Source: Dicyema japonicum | Taxonomy: Eukaryota > Animalia > Dicyemida | DNA length: 64,000 bases | Assembly: GCA_011109175.1 (NCBI GenBank) | Contig: RDEW01000025.1 | Coordinates: forward strand, 713,990 to 777,989 | Direction of reading: 5' to 3' | Made by a program: the position numbers and the translations under genes | The notes under the pieces: generated by a model | Seen by the model: only the letters and a program-made list of their open reading frames with translations | Told to the model about the DNA's origin: nothing | Databases searched by the model: none | In this document: positions 10,801-22,249 of the stretch, one piece after another | Numbering within the stretch: position 1 is the stretch's first letter | Layout: the number at the start of each line of letters is the position of its first letter

Positions 10801-13451
10801 AAGATTCAAGATAAAGAAAAAATTAAATATCTCAGACTAAGCTCATTTACCAGTGAAGGATTATATTTTCAAGTCGAACAACTCGACGATTACGAAAATT
10901 CAGATTCCATAATCATAAGGCAGTCAATACAAAAGTATAAAAATAACGAAAATCCGAATGAAGAATACGAACGAATATTCTATAAATGTGGAATTGTCAT
11001 GAAAAAATATAAAAATGGAGACATTATAGTAAATTGTTTTATCATGCAAGTGCTATGATATTAACGGAAACATTTATACGGAAAGGCAAATCAAAATTGC
11101 TCGATCAAAGGCCGAGAAAGAAGAGAATAGGAAAAGAAGCACTCAAAAATGTTATAAAAATTATTATATTAAGCCTCGACTAAACGAAAGGTTTTACCCA
11201 ATGATACTAACGAAAATGTTGAATATGAGGATATTACCGAATGGACTGTAGTTGATTTTGAAGGGAACAAGAAAATAATGTATTCTAACGGAGATTCTCC
11301 TATATGGACCAAATTGAACATATTAGATGTTCTTGACCCCAAAAGTGGACAGGTTACTTTGTTATTTTATGCCAAGAAAATGATTAATCGAGAAGACGGA
11401 ACGATTATCGTAATTCTTCCGGATGGTACTCATATCACAGAATTTCCAGACCACACACGAATTGCATTTTATACTCAATATTTTGAATCCAATGGTTTAT
11501 TTGGCGATTTAGTTTTCATAGAAAATGAGAGTGGGGGTGAAGTTGTGGAATTTGTAAAATTCGAGCATCCGAACTATGCAAATGTTTTAGTAAACAGAGA
11601 AACGAATAGTTTTGTGACAATGTAGTTTTTGTATATTTATCTAGTTTCCCTGACGGGACATCGATCACATATACTAATTCAGATGGATTTAATCTCCAAC
11701 AAGATTTGAACAAAATAAGAATGACTCCCCAGGGACAGATATCGTATGTTACAGTCAAAGAATCTCTATTTGTTCAGTCAGAGAGTACTTTCAACTTTTT
11801 TTGTGATTCCGAGAATCCTCTTGCACAAATTGTCGATTCTGACAAGAACTCTTTCACAGTAAGTCCCCAAGGAGAATGCAAGGTAGTTAGATCAGTTGGT
11901 TTAATGAGTCCAGATTCTGTAAATATGATGATAAATTTTAGGATGACGCTCAATCTCCGAATAGAAGATATTTTGTCATAAATCCTGATAAGAGTGGATA
12001 CGAATTGATTCCATATTGTGACATTGAAGAGTTGATTAATGAAACAAACAAAGACATGATGATTTATAAAACTGACATGCAAGGTTGTTTGTGCCTTTAA
12101 ATTTAGGGGCGTATTTGCTTACTGTACACAAATCTTTATTTGACAAGGAAGACATAATAAACGTTGAAATTATCCCACCAGGACTCAAGGACCGCGATTT
12201 TAGACAATTTGTTACGAGAGAATCGATTTTGGACACAGAAATAGCAAAGTCTCCTTCTGCTGTGATAGTCAGGAAAATTAAAGTGCATAAAAATGTATCA
12301 AATGTGGACATAGAAAAGTGTAAATAAATATGTACTAATAGTGTGCACGAGTCATTACATGAATTAAACGAAAAGGGTAATACTCAGACATCAGTAGTAA
12401 GCGACCTATCCAGTATTGAAGAACAAAACGACCCATCGCAGCAAATTAATGACGTTCCTATAAATTCTGAAATACTGACTGAAACTCCTAATGTAGAAGA
12501 CAAGGATCGAAATGAAAACTGTTCAGATACCGAAAAAAATGCAACAGTCAATAGGATGATTTCAAGTAAAGTTATAAATGGTCAATATTTATAAATTTAC
12601 CGATAGAAAAGTTGATTGAGAAAAGAAATCTAGAAATTCTTAGAAATAGAATAATTCCCTCCTTTTTTGACAACGAGTTTGCATCCAAAATGATCAATAA
12701 AGTTAATCATTTCCATATGTAAGAGCTCCATTGGGATACCAGAAAGATTTATTAAACCTAAAGATGTGAAAAGTCTATGCAGCACGTCGTCGGATGAACT
12801 CGAGAATGATAATACTTCTATCAACAAAGAGAATGCGTTCAGTGAAAGTTCAACAAGTAAATATTTATGTTTATTTGAATTCAAAGAAAAGGAAAGTCAA
12901 GAATATGAGTTCCCACCGAATGCTGCGTTCAGAAAAATAAAATAAAGCTTCCGTCGTATTTTCAATATAGCAGACCCAATAATGTGATGAATAAAAATGT
13001 TTTTTTTACTATTGATTGTAGTTTATTGAAATAGAGGAACCGTCAATTCTTCGAACTAAAAATATTTCTACAATTGGGTCATCAACTCCACAGAATGTTG
13101 CAAATTTGCAAGGTCTTTGGATTTCAAAAATATGATTGATTTTGGTTCCATATTTTATGGCGTGGAGTACAGCACAACAGTTTTTGTCGTAAATAGAGGC
13201 ACTGAACGTCTCAGATTCAAAGTTACTCGTCCTACTACTATTGGAGTAGTTGTTTCATACACTCCTGGAATTGTACTCAATTTTTTGTATTTTAGATTTT
13301 TCCTGGTTTGAGTAAAGAAATTAAAATTACATTAAATTTGATAAATCCACTTCCCGAGGATTCACTTGATATAAAATTAGAATTTATCGATGAATTTAGA
13401 ATATCGTACTTACGAGTCAAGGCTGCACTACTAAGGAATAACTCAACTTAA
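7868..13451 (+). CDS. SPAG17: Sperm-associated antigen 17 (PF6, axonemal central-pair protein), many mini-introns; internal exon structure only partly resolved
   Basis: N-terminus WRPMIIFISPNRMENNHLIKQL...RRKLFTAITREEIL, middle DPKSGQ|KMINREDGTIIVILPDGTHITEFPDHTRI and C-terminus DFGSIFYGVEYSTTVFVVNRGTERLRFKVTRP...YTPGI|IFPGLSKEI all match remembered SPAG17 motifs. Introns checked at 8036-8058, 11353-11376 and 13273-13295. Confidence 0.8.
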
Positions 13452-13499
13452 TTTAATTAACATTATTAATTTATATTATTGGTTGTTATTTTATCAGCA

Positions 13500-14170
13500 A
13501 ACATATTCAACAGTTACATCTAACTGGACTCGTGGAAGACACCTCTTCTCTTGTCCTAGTCTACCTTCGGTTTCTGAGCCTTACCAGATATACCTGACGG
13601 ATCTCTATGATCGTCCGCTTTTTGACCACATTTCTAACAAAGCAATCTGAAGACTGATTTGGAACGATCTATTGGACGGCCCTTCATTACTGGAAGATGA
13701 CTCGGAGGAGACCTACCCTTGACACAAAGAAACGAGAAGAACCCTAACACATTACGTTCTGGAAACTTCTAGCTCTTGGGTTCTTCCCCAGGACTAATAT
13801 CATTGATTCTACAAGAAGCTTTATCCTTCCTGTGAACTCCGGTGAACATCCGAGACCTGTGGAATGCGTTCGACATTAGCTTCTGGATGCCTGAGGACAA
13901 TCGGTTTTTTACAGGGTTAGCAAGGTTGGGGTTAATAACTTCTAACTCGTGCCACGTGATTAATTTATTAAGGATTTCTCTTACTTCCATGATCTGATCC
14001 ACATTAATAGGAGACACTAAATGGCTGACCGGAATTCAAAAGGATCCATCTCTTAATTCTATCGAGAGATTTCTGTTCTGGCTTCCGGACAATGTCTTCT
14101 GAATGAGGGCTCTCCTGGAACTCGTCAGGATCACGGGATTAGTTAACTTTGTTTTAGCCTTGATTTTTCG
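13500..14170. mobile_element. Degenerate interspersed repeat / retroelement remnant
   Basis: 13550-13625 aligns with 17900-17960 (TTGTCCTA...ACCTTCGGTTTCT...GATCTCT.TGATCGTCC); GC-richer than the flanks; family not identified. Confidence 0.45.
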
Positions 14171-14199
14171 AATAATTTAATTTCAATTAAATTTCTCTA

Positions 14200-14420
14200 T
14201 CCAATGACCAGTTAGCAATTGGTCAATTGGTAAGAAGGTTGAAGAGGTGATATACCTCTACTGTAAAGACTTTCTAGTTATCTTCATGATGGATCAAAGT
14301 CCTTGTCTTCTTTCTTGGCCAATAATCGAGGATGGTTTTGAGGGATATGTATGCAATATCGAAAGCTCCTTCTGTTTTTAAAACGGTGGGAACTGTATGG
14401 ATTTATTAAGTCGGTATCTT
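14200..14420 (+). repeat. Repeat family E copy (uninterrupted reference for the 5.1 kb insertion site)
   Basis: GACCAGTTAGCAATTGGTC...GAGGTGATATACCTCTACTGTAAAGACTTTCTAGTT aligns across the insertion junction at 5140/5454. Confidence 0.55.
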
Positions 14421-14689
14421 CTTTTTCGTTTATGTTAAATAAAAATTTCATGGTTCGAAATATCTCACAGAATTTCCATACGCGGTATAACCCATCGAAT
14501 CTGCAACTTGTAGGACTTTAAAAAGAGGGGGATCTATTTGTTTAATTTTATTGATTTATTTAAAAGTAAAAATTAATTTTTAATTAACACAAATTCCATC
14601 CAAAGTGGTCCCCGTCGACATTATCGACGTTACGTTGCTTCTCATGATTGCAACAGAAATCAACTGGAGAAGCCACCGGATCTCACATG

Positions 14690-14925
14690 TGTCGTATATA
14701 AATTCTAAGAGTACCATGTATATTAAATTTTGCCAACAGAATCCATCCTCCAATAGTCTATTACAGATTTCCCTTCCGAAGAGAGGTGGGGAGTATGTCA
14801 GCCCTTTTTCATTTTCATCACACGTCCTACCGTTGCAAACATCACTTTATTCTTAGCATAGAATTTTCAGTAGTAACCTTCATCAGTGGATTTGCTCAGG
14901 GGGAGATAAGAAGATCCCTTTCAAA
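14690..14925 (-). mobile_element. SINE-like family D copy (older, tail eroded)
   Basis: Shares AATCCATCCTCCAA and TTTTCATCACACGTCCTACCGT with the 5.1-5.4 kb copy. Confidence 0.75.
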
Positions 14926-14996
14926 ACTGTGTCATGCCAGAAAAACTCGTCACCTCACGGGTGGGATTTGTTTGACGAGAATTGACCATCGCTGAT

Positions 14997-15067
14997 TAGT
15001 CCTCTTTGGATTCGAACCCACGACTGTCAGATCCAATGTCATCAGACGTTGTGTTGACCCAAGGGGA
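14997..15067 (-). pseudogene. tRNA-like relic (Arg-like), D-arm lost; not a functional tRNA
   Basis: Minus strand has a B-box GGTTCGAATCC, CGTCTGA...GGATC resembling a tRNA-Arg anticodon arm and a 6/7 acceptor stem; the T-stem is mismatched. Confidence 0.4.
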
Positions 15068-15264
15068 GATTAAAAATATAATAATGACAACAAAACTTTT
15101 GTGGACTATATTTTCTTATTAATTTATCCTCCAATCTCTTCAAGTGAAGGAAACGGATGACTAACAGAAAAGTAACTACAAAAAGCGGACTATCCAAGAT
15201 ATCCATCTGATGTATCTTGTGTGGGACAGAACTCTAAGGCGGACAAGAAAAGAGGTCTGACTAT

Positions 15265-15495
15265 AATAATAATAACAGCCTTTCACGAGAGCCATAATAT
15301 TCATAGCTCCGCATAGGCAGGACACACACTTTATTAAGTAAAGAACAGATAATTTTAACTAATTGTAGAACCAAGGAATGATCTTCACTTCTTTTCGTAG
15401 ATACATGGAACCTTCCACCAAGTGAACAGCAGCGAAAATCGAACCCGTAACCTAAGTCACTTTAGCCCGACACCTAACCACTATGCCACCCGGCA
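15265..15495 (-). mobile_element. tRNA-derived SINE family C copy with 12-bp TSD
   Basis: Head GCCGGGTGGCATAGTGGTTAGG...GGGTTCGATTTTC (A and B boxes); (ATT)n tail; TSD AGGTCTGACTAT at 15253-15264 and 15496-15507; near-identical to parts of 40598-40892. Confidence 0.9.
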
Positions 15496-15564
15496 AGGTC
15501 TGACTATTTTTTTATCATTTAAGGTGTGAGTTTGTGAAATAAAATTATAGCAAATGAGACAATT

Positions 15565-17063
15565 TTATTTATTTAAAATTTTCTTTTTAAAATCAACAAT
15601 TAAATTAAGAAGTGACTTAGCAATGATTTTTGGATCCCTAGAAGAAATCGATTGGTCGTTTTCCATTATTAGATTGGAACATTCGCGTATGTAATATTCC
15701 AAGTCATCATCTGACCTACCAAAAATTAGCACTATATATGCATTTATTGGCAATTAATGCCAGTTTTTGACTTTTTGGAGTAAAAACTCTTCATCCAAAT
15801 CGAATAATTCAAGGGCAGGAGGGGCTAAGGACTGAAACCTCGGTTCAAACACCTGAGATAAAATTTATAATTATTATTACACAAAGTTGTAAATTTGGAG
15901 AGGGCATTCAAAATGTGGTTTAATAAGTGATAGTTGTTGGTCTTCAATGTCCAAGTGTTTGTAATTTCTGAAAAAATAGAAAATTCTACTTTTGAACCGA
16001 AGGTAGCATTTCTGTATCAATCCAATACAAATTGGAATTAAAAATAGTGGAAATATCAATGAAAAATCATCACTGTCCTGAAGACAGGACTTAATGTTGT
16101 CGGCCAAATTGCATATTGAAGGCACGTAAATGTAGTCATTAAGCTATGTGTTACTAATTTAAAACTTCAAAATTATCCTTGTCGATTTTATTAAGTTGTG
16201 TTGAATTATCGATCAGTATTGATAAAATACAACTCTACTGTGAATTACTTTGATTACTATTAATTTTTCGTTATCTTCACAATTAAAGTATTTGTCCATG
16301 AGCATATGAGAAGATCCCAGAACAACAATTTTCCCTCCATTTGACTGTATATTAATACTTAAATTAACTGATTTTTCATAGTACGAGCATATTGGGCGAC
16401 TTGTAGGTACTGAAAACTGAACCAGTCGATAATAAAGCAGTTGAAGGATTCTGTATAGATAATGTAGCTCCATAAGGGTACAAAAACTCTGTTCTAATAT
16501 TAAGGATAATATAACTTTATGGCATTGTCCTCTTCTTCTAGTCTCTTTTGCATAGAATTTCTAGTTTGCTGACATAAACTACGATTCAGAATTCCATCAG
16601 AAATGAACGTTTCCTTAGGGTCCAAATATTTGTAGTAAGCTGATCTTATGACAGAATCTTTGTTCATTTTTAATGTTAACCGCTATTAATAGAAACTCCG
16701 TATTCCTCTAGAAAAAAGTTTATGTTTGTTTGATATGAGGGTTCACCACCTTCTCCTAAGGTGATTAGAATATTTCCATTTCATTTATAAACCTTTTCAT
16801 TACCTCAAACTAAAGTAAAATAAACTTATTGAACTTCATCATTTGTGAACATTTCCCTCGGTCCCGAAATGATCAAAAGATGTACATTTTGCAGAATGTT
16901 TTGTGTTAATAATTTATGATTACTAAATTAACATAAAAATGTACGATTCTAGTTTCCAGGAATCCTTTAGTTTTTTCATTAATTTAGTAAATCCATTTGT
17001 TGGAGAAAATGATTGATTCTTTGATAAATCGAATAAAATTATATTTTTCTCTTTTTGAGTCAT
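15565..17063 (-). CDS. IFT52: Intraflagellar transport protein 52
   Basis: MTQKEKNIILFDLSKNQSFSPTNGFTKLMKKLKDSWK, ISGPREMFTNDE|FEVMKRFINENGNILITLGEGGE, GKIVVLGSSHM, LIKPHFECPL and PPALELFDLDEEF match IFT52. Introns checked at 16923-16944 and 16810-16834. Confidence 0.93.
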
Positions 17064-17159
17064 TTCACTCACAATCGTATTTTACGTTTCCAAGATATAA
17101 TTTTTATTACATTATTTTAATTTATATTTTAAATTAATTTACAAAAAATATCCTTGTTT

Positions 17160-17445
17160 GTCCTACCTTTTTCCCTGACCAAGCCCACTGGTGAAATTAC
17201 TATTATGAAAATTCGTTCACCGAAGAATGGAGTGATCTCCGCGACGGTATGACGTGTGATGAAAATGGAAGAGGGTGAATCTACTTCTCTACCTCTCTTC
17301 CGAAGCGGAAACCTTCAATAAACTATTGGAAGATGAATTTGGTTGGTTCAAGCAGACTTTCTCCTTTAGGTGCCTTCCTTAGATTAATTTGTTATGACTG
17401 TTTGTGCTGGGGTTACCAGAGTAAACCTGGGGTTAATAAATAATG
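17160..17445 (+). mobile_element. SINE-like family D copy
   Basis: Collinear with the reverse complement of 5141-5441; ends CTGGGGTTAATAAATAAT. Confidence 0.8.
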
Positions 17446-17479
17446 TTGTCCCGTACCACTACCAAGAAAACAGTCTGAC

Positions 17480-17809
17480 CAGGTGACACAGTGGTTAGTG
17501 CTGTCGCTCACGTCGCGATTAGCTGTGTGTGAGATTTCCACACTGCTACATAGCTGGTTGACGAATTCTTTTCTGCTATTTTCAATTACTGAGAGGCGTC
17601 ATGGAATCCATTAGACTCGGAAGACCCTCAGTACACAACCGACATGCAAAAAGGATGCCTCTCTTCCCTACTCCTGTAGATGGGTCTCTACAGTAGCGGA
17701 TATGGATGAACGTGATGCTTGGAAAGGATGCGCTTTACTTGGATGTACCTTAATTAGACGTTAATTAACTCTTAACCTCTTTATAGTATATTGGGGTTAT
17801 TAAATAAAT
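17480..17809 (+). mobile_element. tRNA-headed SINE family B copy
   Basis: Head GGTGACACAGTGGTTAGTGCTGTCGCT (A-box-like); body aligns with 21617-21920; tail TTGGGGTTATTAAATAAAT. Confidence 0.8.
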
Positions 17810-19049
17810 GAAAACTAGTTGGTAGTTGCTTAGTAAGGGATATCGGCTTTGTCACTCAAACCTTTATGGCTTCTAAGCGGCTACAAAACCTATCTTTTGT
17901 CCTATTACACCTTCGGTTTCTAAACCATACCAGAGTGATCTCTGTGATCGTCCTCTTTTAATAGTTACTTTCTTGTCAGCCACTGATTCCCTTCACTTGA
18001 TGAGACCGGGGTAAATAAATAAAATCATACATGCTACTTTCTCCAATCAATTCAAACTCTGACCAGTCATTAAATTATCACGTGATAAATCAACTTTGAA
18101 ATATTAACTCTGTTTGTTTTCTGAAGATGTTATTCAAATAAAAATAATTTATTTCTATTTATTTAAGCAAAAAATAGGAACGAGAAAAGACGGTGGGCAT
18201 TGCCGCGGACAATGGCAATTCCCCTAAAAATGTTTTGTTTGTTATACTCATATTTGTAACATTCAATTTCCTTGCGCCCTTAACACTCGAATTCCTGGGT
18301 CGTTTAGGGAATCTGGTTACTAAGCACATTGATGATTTTTGTGAGCGCTGCAGGCTAATCCTGAGAGAAAATATCCACGCTATCAGACCGGCTACCATAT
18401 AATTCTCGTATTTTTAATTTAATACATAAACTATCTTGTTTTATAAAAATATAAAAAATAGTATTTTTTTTCATTTTCGCATCTCAATTTTAAAAAGTAT
18501 GATTAGAGATCCTTCGTAATAATTTTGAATACTATTGAAATACTGAAGTGGCACTACAACTTTAAAGATTCACATAGACCGACGGCGGAAGATTTTTTTG
18601 AAAATTTAGTTTTTCCAAAATTTTTGTCCATTTTAAGTTTTTTTTGAATAAATTCATTCGATTTACAAAACTGTTTTTTTTTGTTCCGCTTTTTACAATG
18701 AAGGTCTTTACTCTCGATATTAATTCGTCGACATTGGCATAGTATGATTTTTAAAGCATATTTGTGCATTAAATAGAAGGTACTTTTAACATGAAAAGGA
18801 TGAGCATAAAATAATTAAAGAGATAATCAGGCTAAAATTATATTGTCATTTACTAGTATATCGTGCAGAATCAGTAATCAAGAGTACAAATTTGTCGTGA
18901 TGGATCTTCATCTTAATAATTTCACTTATTTTGACACAAATTAAAGATGCAGTAAAAGCAGAATCGATTGCATTTAATACACAAAATAATTTTTTTGGAT
19001 AAGCAATATTACCTATCAGAGAAAATATGTACCCATTTCTTCTTAAGGT

Positions 19050-19315
19050 TCATAATACAGCACTTTACAAAAGGCATATAAGCTATAGCTTACACTTTAT
19101 TTTAAGTAAAGAACAGTTATCATAACTTATCGATGAGAGAGAACCAAAGAATGCTCTTCACTTCTTTTTTTGGTGTGAATCCTTTTGTAGACGACCCGGT
19201 TCTGCAGTGAGATGCTCACTGATGACGGCGTCACTCGTCAAGCAAGACATCGTTAATGAGTAGAACCGTCAACTGGAATGTACAGCAGCGAGATTCGAAC
19301 TAGGAGCCATTAGGC
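19050..19315 (-). mobile_element. Older SINE family C copy
   Basis: Shares ACTTTATT..AAGTAAAGAACAG, AGAACCAA.GAATG.TCTTCACTTC and ACAGCAGCGAGATTCGAAC with the 15.3 and 40.7 kb copies. Confidence 0.75.
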
Positions 19316-19635
19316 CTTTATCTCAGAACTCGTTATTATTTATTTATTTAGAACCCCAGGATCACCGTGGAGAATCAAGAATAACTACCGGTCTTATGAA
19401 ACGATCTGAAAAAAACATGAAAAAAATCAGAAAACAACCTGGACTCACTGAGAGTTTTAGCTATAATCGAGGTACGCATAAGATATTGAAATCCAAAATT
19501 GTCAATCTTGTCTCCAAAATGGAGCTATAAACTTGTAATTTGGTGAGTTCACATCATGGCCTCTGAAGTACTCCTATGTAGAGAATTTTTGAGACGTGTC
19601 GATATTGACTATTATAAAGTGACGCTTTTCGAGTT

Positions 19636-19850
19636 AGGGGCTTTTTTTAATATCCCCAGATATACATAAAGTAGGTTTTATCCAGTTCCCGCGGCCGAAG
19701 TGAGACGCATTCTTCCAATCATCACGTCCATCCATATTCGCCATTGCGGAACCCCTCCACTTGGGTAGAGAAAAATGGAATCCTGTTTTTATGTTAGAAC
19801 GTCCCCGAGTCAGGAGGACCCCATGACGTTTTGTCAAGAGCTTTTATTAT
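19636..19850 (-). mobile_element. SINE family B copy, 5'-truncated
   Basis: The reverse complement aligns with the 3' two-thirds of the 17.5 and 21.6 kb copies, including the tail GTATATCTGGGGATATTAAAAAA. Confidence 0.7.
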
Positions 19851-19881
19851 TCACTAAGTTATTAATTAAGATAATAAAAAA

Positions 19882-21225
19882 TTAAGAAAACTGTGACTCA
19901 ATGAATTGAGAAAATTCGTAAAAAGTATCATTTTTGAGAGAATCGCGTATAGATTGGAAGAACCCAAAATAGTGATGTAAATTATGTCTAAAATAATAGA
20001 TAATCAGACATCATTAGAAGAGTACATCCCAATAGTTCTTTCGTGTGAAGTAAATGATGAATATAAGCACGTGTGAATTGACAACAACAGAGACATGAAC
20101 ATGATCCCACTAATGGACCAAAATCAGTGGAAAATGTTCTAAATGTCAATTAAAACAACACTTGTCGTTTAAATTAATTTCAGGAACATTTGATGGTTCA
20201 CAGTTATCATAGGAAAAGGTCATAGCCCTCCCTTCATCACTCATAACATAAGCCTGACTATGTTTGATTATAAATGCACAACCAGCTACTAAAAATATCG
20301 AATCCCAGTTTAACTGCTGAAATGAGTTCCTTGGCTGACAGTGGTTCCAATAATAACCGGGGTTTGCTATAAGGAAGTTCATGCTAAGGTCAAATAATTC
20401 AGTCAAACAGATGTTGATAAAATTGGGACAATGTCTTCAAAGGGAATCCCATCTCTGAATTTGTTCAATGAGTCATAACTAAAACCAAATACTTCCAAAT
20501 CCTTATTCAAATTGACTGACTCTCTTACAGCTTCCACATTCAGACCTCCCCCAATGCTACTAATCAGCTTGTGAGGAAATTCATTCTGTGAGTTAAACAT
20601 AAAAAGTACTGTCAATAAATTTGTTAATTTAAAGTTTTTGTGGACTGATTTGAGACATGATTTTATAGTGGAAGATTTAGACAAAGTGTGACCATCATTA
20701 AACGAAATTAGTAAATCTGAGGAGATAGCCTTGGCAACATTTGTGAATGTCTTCAGGTCGACATTTTTGTTCCCATCATTAAAACAAAATTCGATGGACT
20801 CCTTCCTGTAATTCGAAAACTTTGATTTATGAGTTGGATCATTTACTGACAGAAGAATCAGTTTATTTTCCTTTAATAAATAAAATGTAAACCGGAATGC
20901 AACAGAATTTCCTTAAATTATTATTTTTCATAATGATATCACAATTAAGACTAAAATAAATTGTTTTTTCAATTTTAATTTATTATTTTAATTAATATAA
21001 ATTATTTTACTTACAAATAATTTATATTTAAATTGTAAATATCGGGAGTTTTGATTTGTTTCAGAACATCCAAACTAATGAAAGGGACAACCCCTACATA
21101 TAAAAAATTAGATAACCTGATTTCATATAAAGCGTGCAATACGGTGTTGTTATTTCATTGTTGCAATACTCTATTTTGCCTATTCTTACATTCTCTACTT
21201 TCCCTTTGCAAAATATTGACTTCAT
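19882..21225 (-). CDS. QTRT2: Queuine tRNA-ribosyltransferase accessory subunit 2
   Basis: Reconstructed across 8 introns: TPYCTLYMKSGVVP, LSVNDP, ELPYSKPRLL, GFDIF, EINLNDK, DFGPLVGSCSCLCCCQFTRAYIHHLLHTKELLG..LLM.HNLHHYFGFF, the Zn-binding C-terminal motif of the QTRT2 branch. Confidence 0.88.
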
Positions 21226-21274
21226 ATGACTCGTGCTTTTTTATTTAAATTTATTATTAATATTAAATTTTTAT

Positions 21275-21550
21275 TTATTATTAAATTAAATTATTCCAAA
21301 GACTAAGGGTAGAACCAAACTAACTTATTCCTTGATCCTGACGCGTTCACGCTGATCCAGAGGACGTTGTCTGGGAAGCTGAGGTCGATTCCAGAATTCA
21401 TCGCCAGGGAACGAAATTGTCTCCTGGTGGAATGAATAGGTTGATCCTTTTAAATGCCGGCTAGGCATTAGGCGTCTCCTGAATAAGGTGGATCCAGTGA
21501 GAAAAGGAAGAGAAATCTTCAATCAATTATCCACATGACATCACGTAGCC
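21275..21550 (-). mobile_element. SINE-like family A' copy
   Basis: The reverse complement begins GGCTACGTGATGTCATGTGG..AATTGATTGAAG and shares GGATCCACCTTA...GACGCC.AATGCC...GGCAT..AAAAGGATC and ACAATTTCGTT with 51510-51730. Confidence 0.75.
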
Positions 21551-21616
21551 GTAGAATCAAAAGTCGAGTTATGCCTAAAAATGTTGAGAATCTCCTTGGT
21601 AGTAGATAAAGGAGAT

Positions 21617-21920
21617 GAGGTAGCGCAGTGGTTTGTGTTGTCGCTTTTGTCGCGTTTAGCTCTTCGTTTGATTCTCATATCTGTTGTATACTTGGTCGAA
21701 GAATTCCTTTATGCTTTTTGCCTTCTTCAATTCCTTAGAGGCGTCACTACCTAACTCAGGAGATGCCAGTCCTTGCCGGCATCCAAAAAGATATCTTTTT
21801 TCCTTACTTTAGTGTATTGGTCCCACAATGGCGGATACTTGGAAATGATACGTTTTACCCATACCTTGAGAACTGGATAAAACTTCTTTCAGGTATATCA
21901 GGGGTAATATAACAAATATT
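21617..21920 (+). mobile_element. tRNA-headed SINE family B copy
   Basis: A-box TAGCGCAGTGG, B-box-like GTTTGATTC; collinear with 17480-17809; tail CAGGGGTAATATAACAAA. Confidence 0.8.
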
Positions 21921-22249
21921 ATTCGACAATCTTTAATCTTCCGAAATTATCTCTGCATGTAGAGTTTGATGTAAGAATTATCCTCCTTTTTTCATGAGAG
22001 TCGAGTTAGTCCAACTTATTAGTGTCTCCTCGCTCAAACTAATTCGACTAGATCAAATGATACTACAGTTTGAAAAATTCCCTAATTTTTAAAGTTCCCC
22101 CCAAATTGAGGTCGACTGTAATTATATTTTCGACTGAGTGTTCATTTTCAATTATATATTCTATTATTTCGCACAAAAACCAATTATTGTAATTTAAATA
22201 AACTCATTTTCATTAGGAGGTTAAACTGAACATATCTTTCAATTAAGTG

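Noticed and set aside
14860-14890. Hammerhead-like CTGATGA...GAAA on the minus strand of a family D copy
   Set aside because: There is no NUH cleavage triplet after the stem III candidate; the other two copies read CTGGTGA; the conserved CACT/AGTG pairing would sequester the core.
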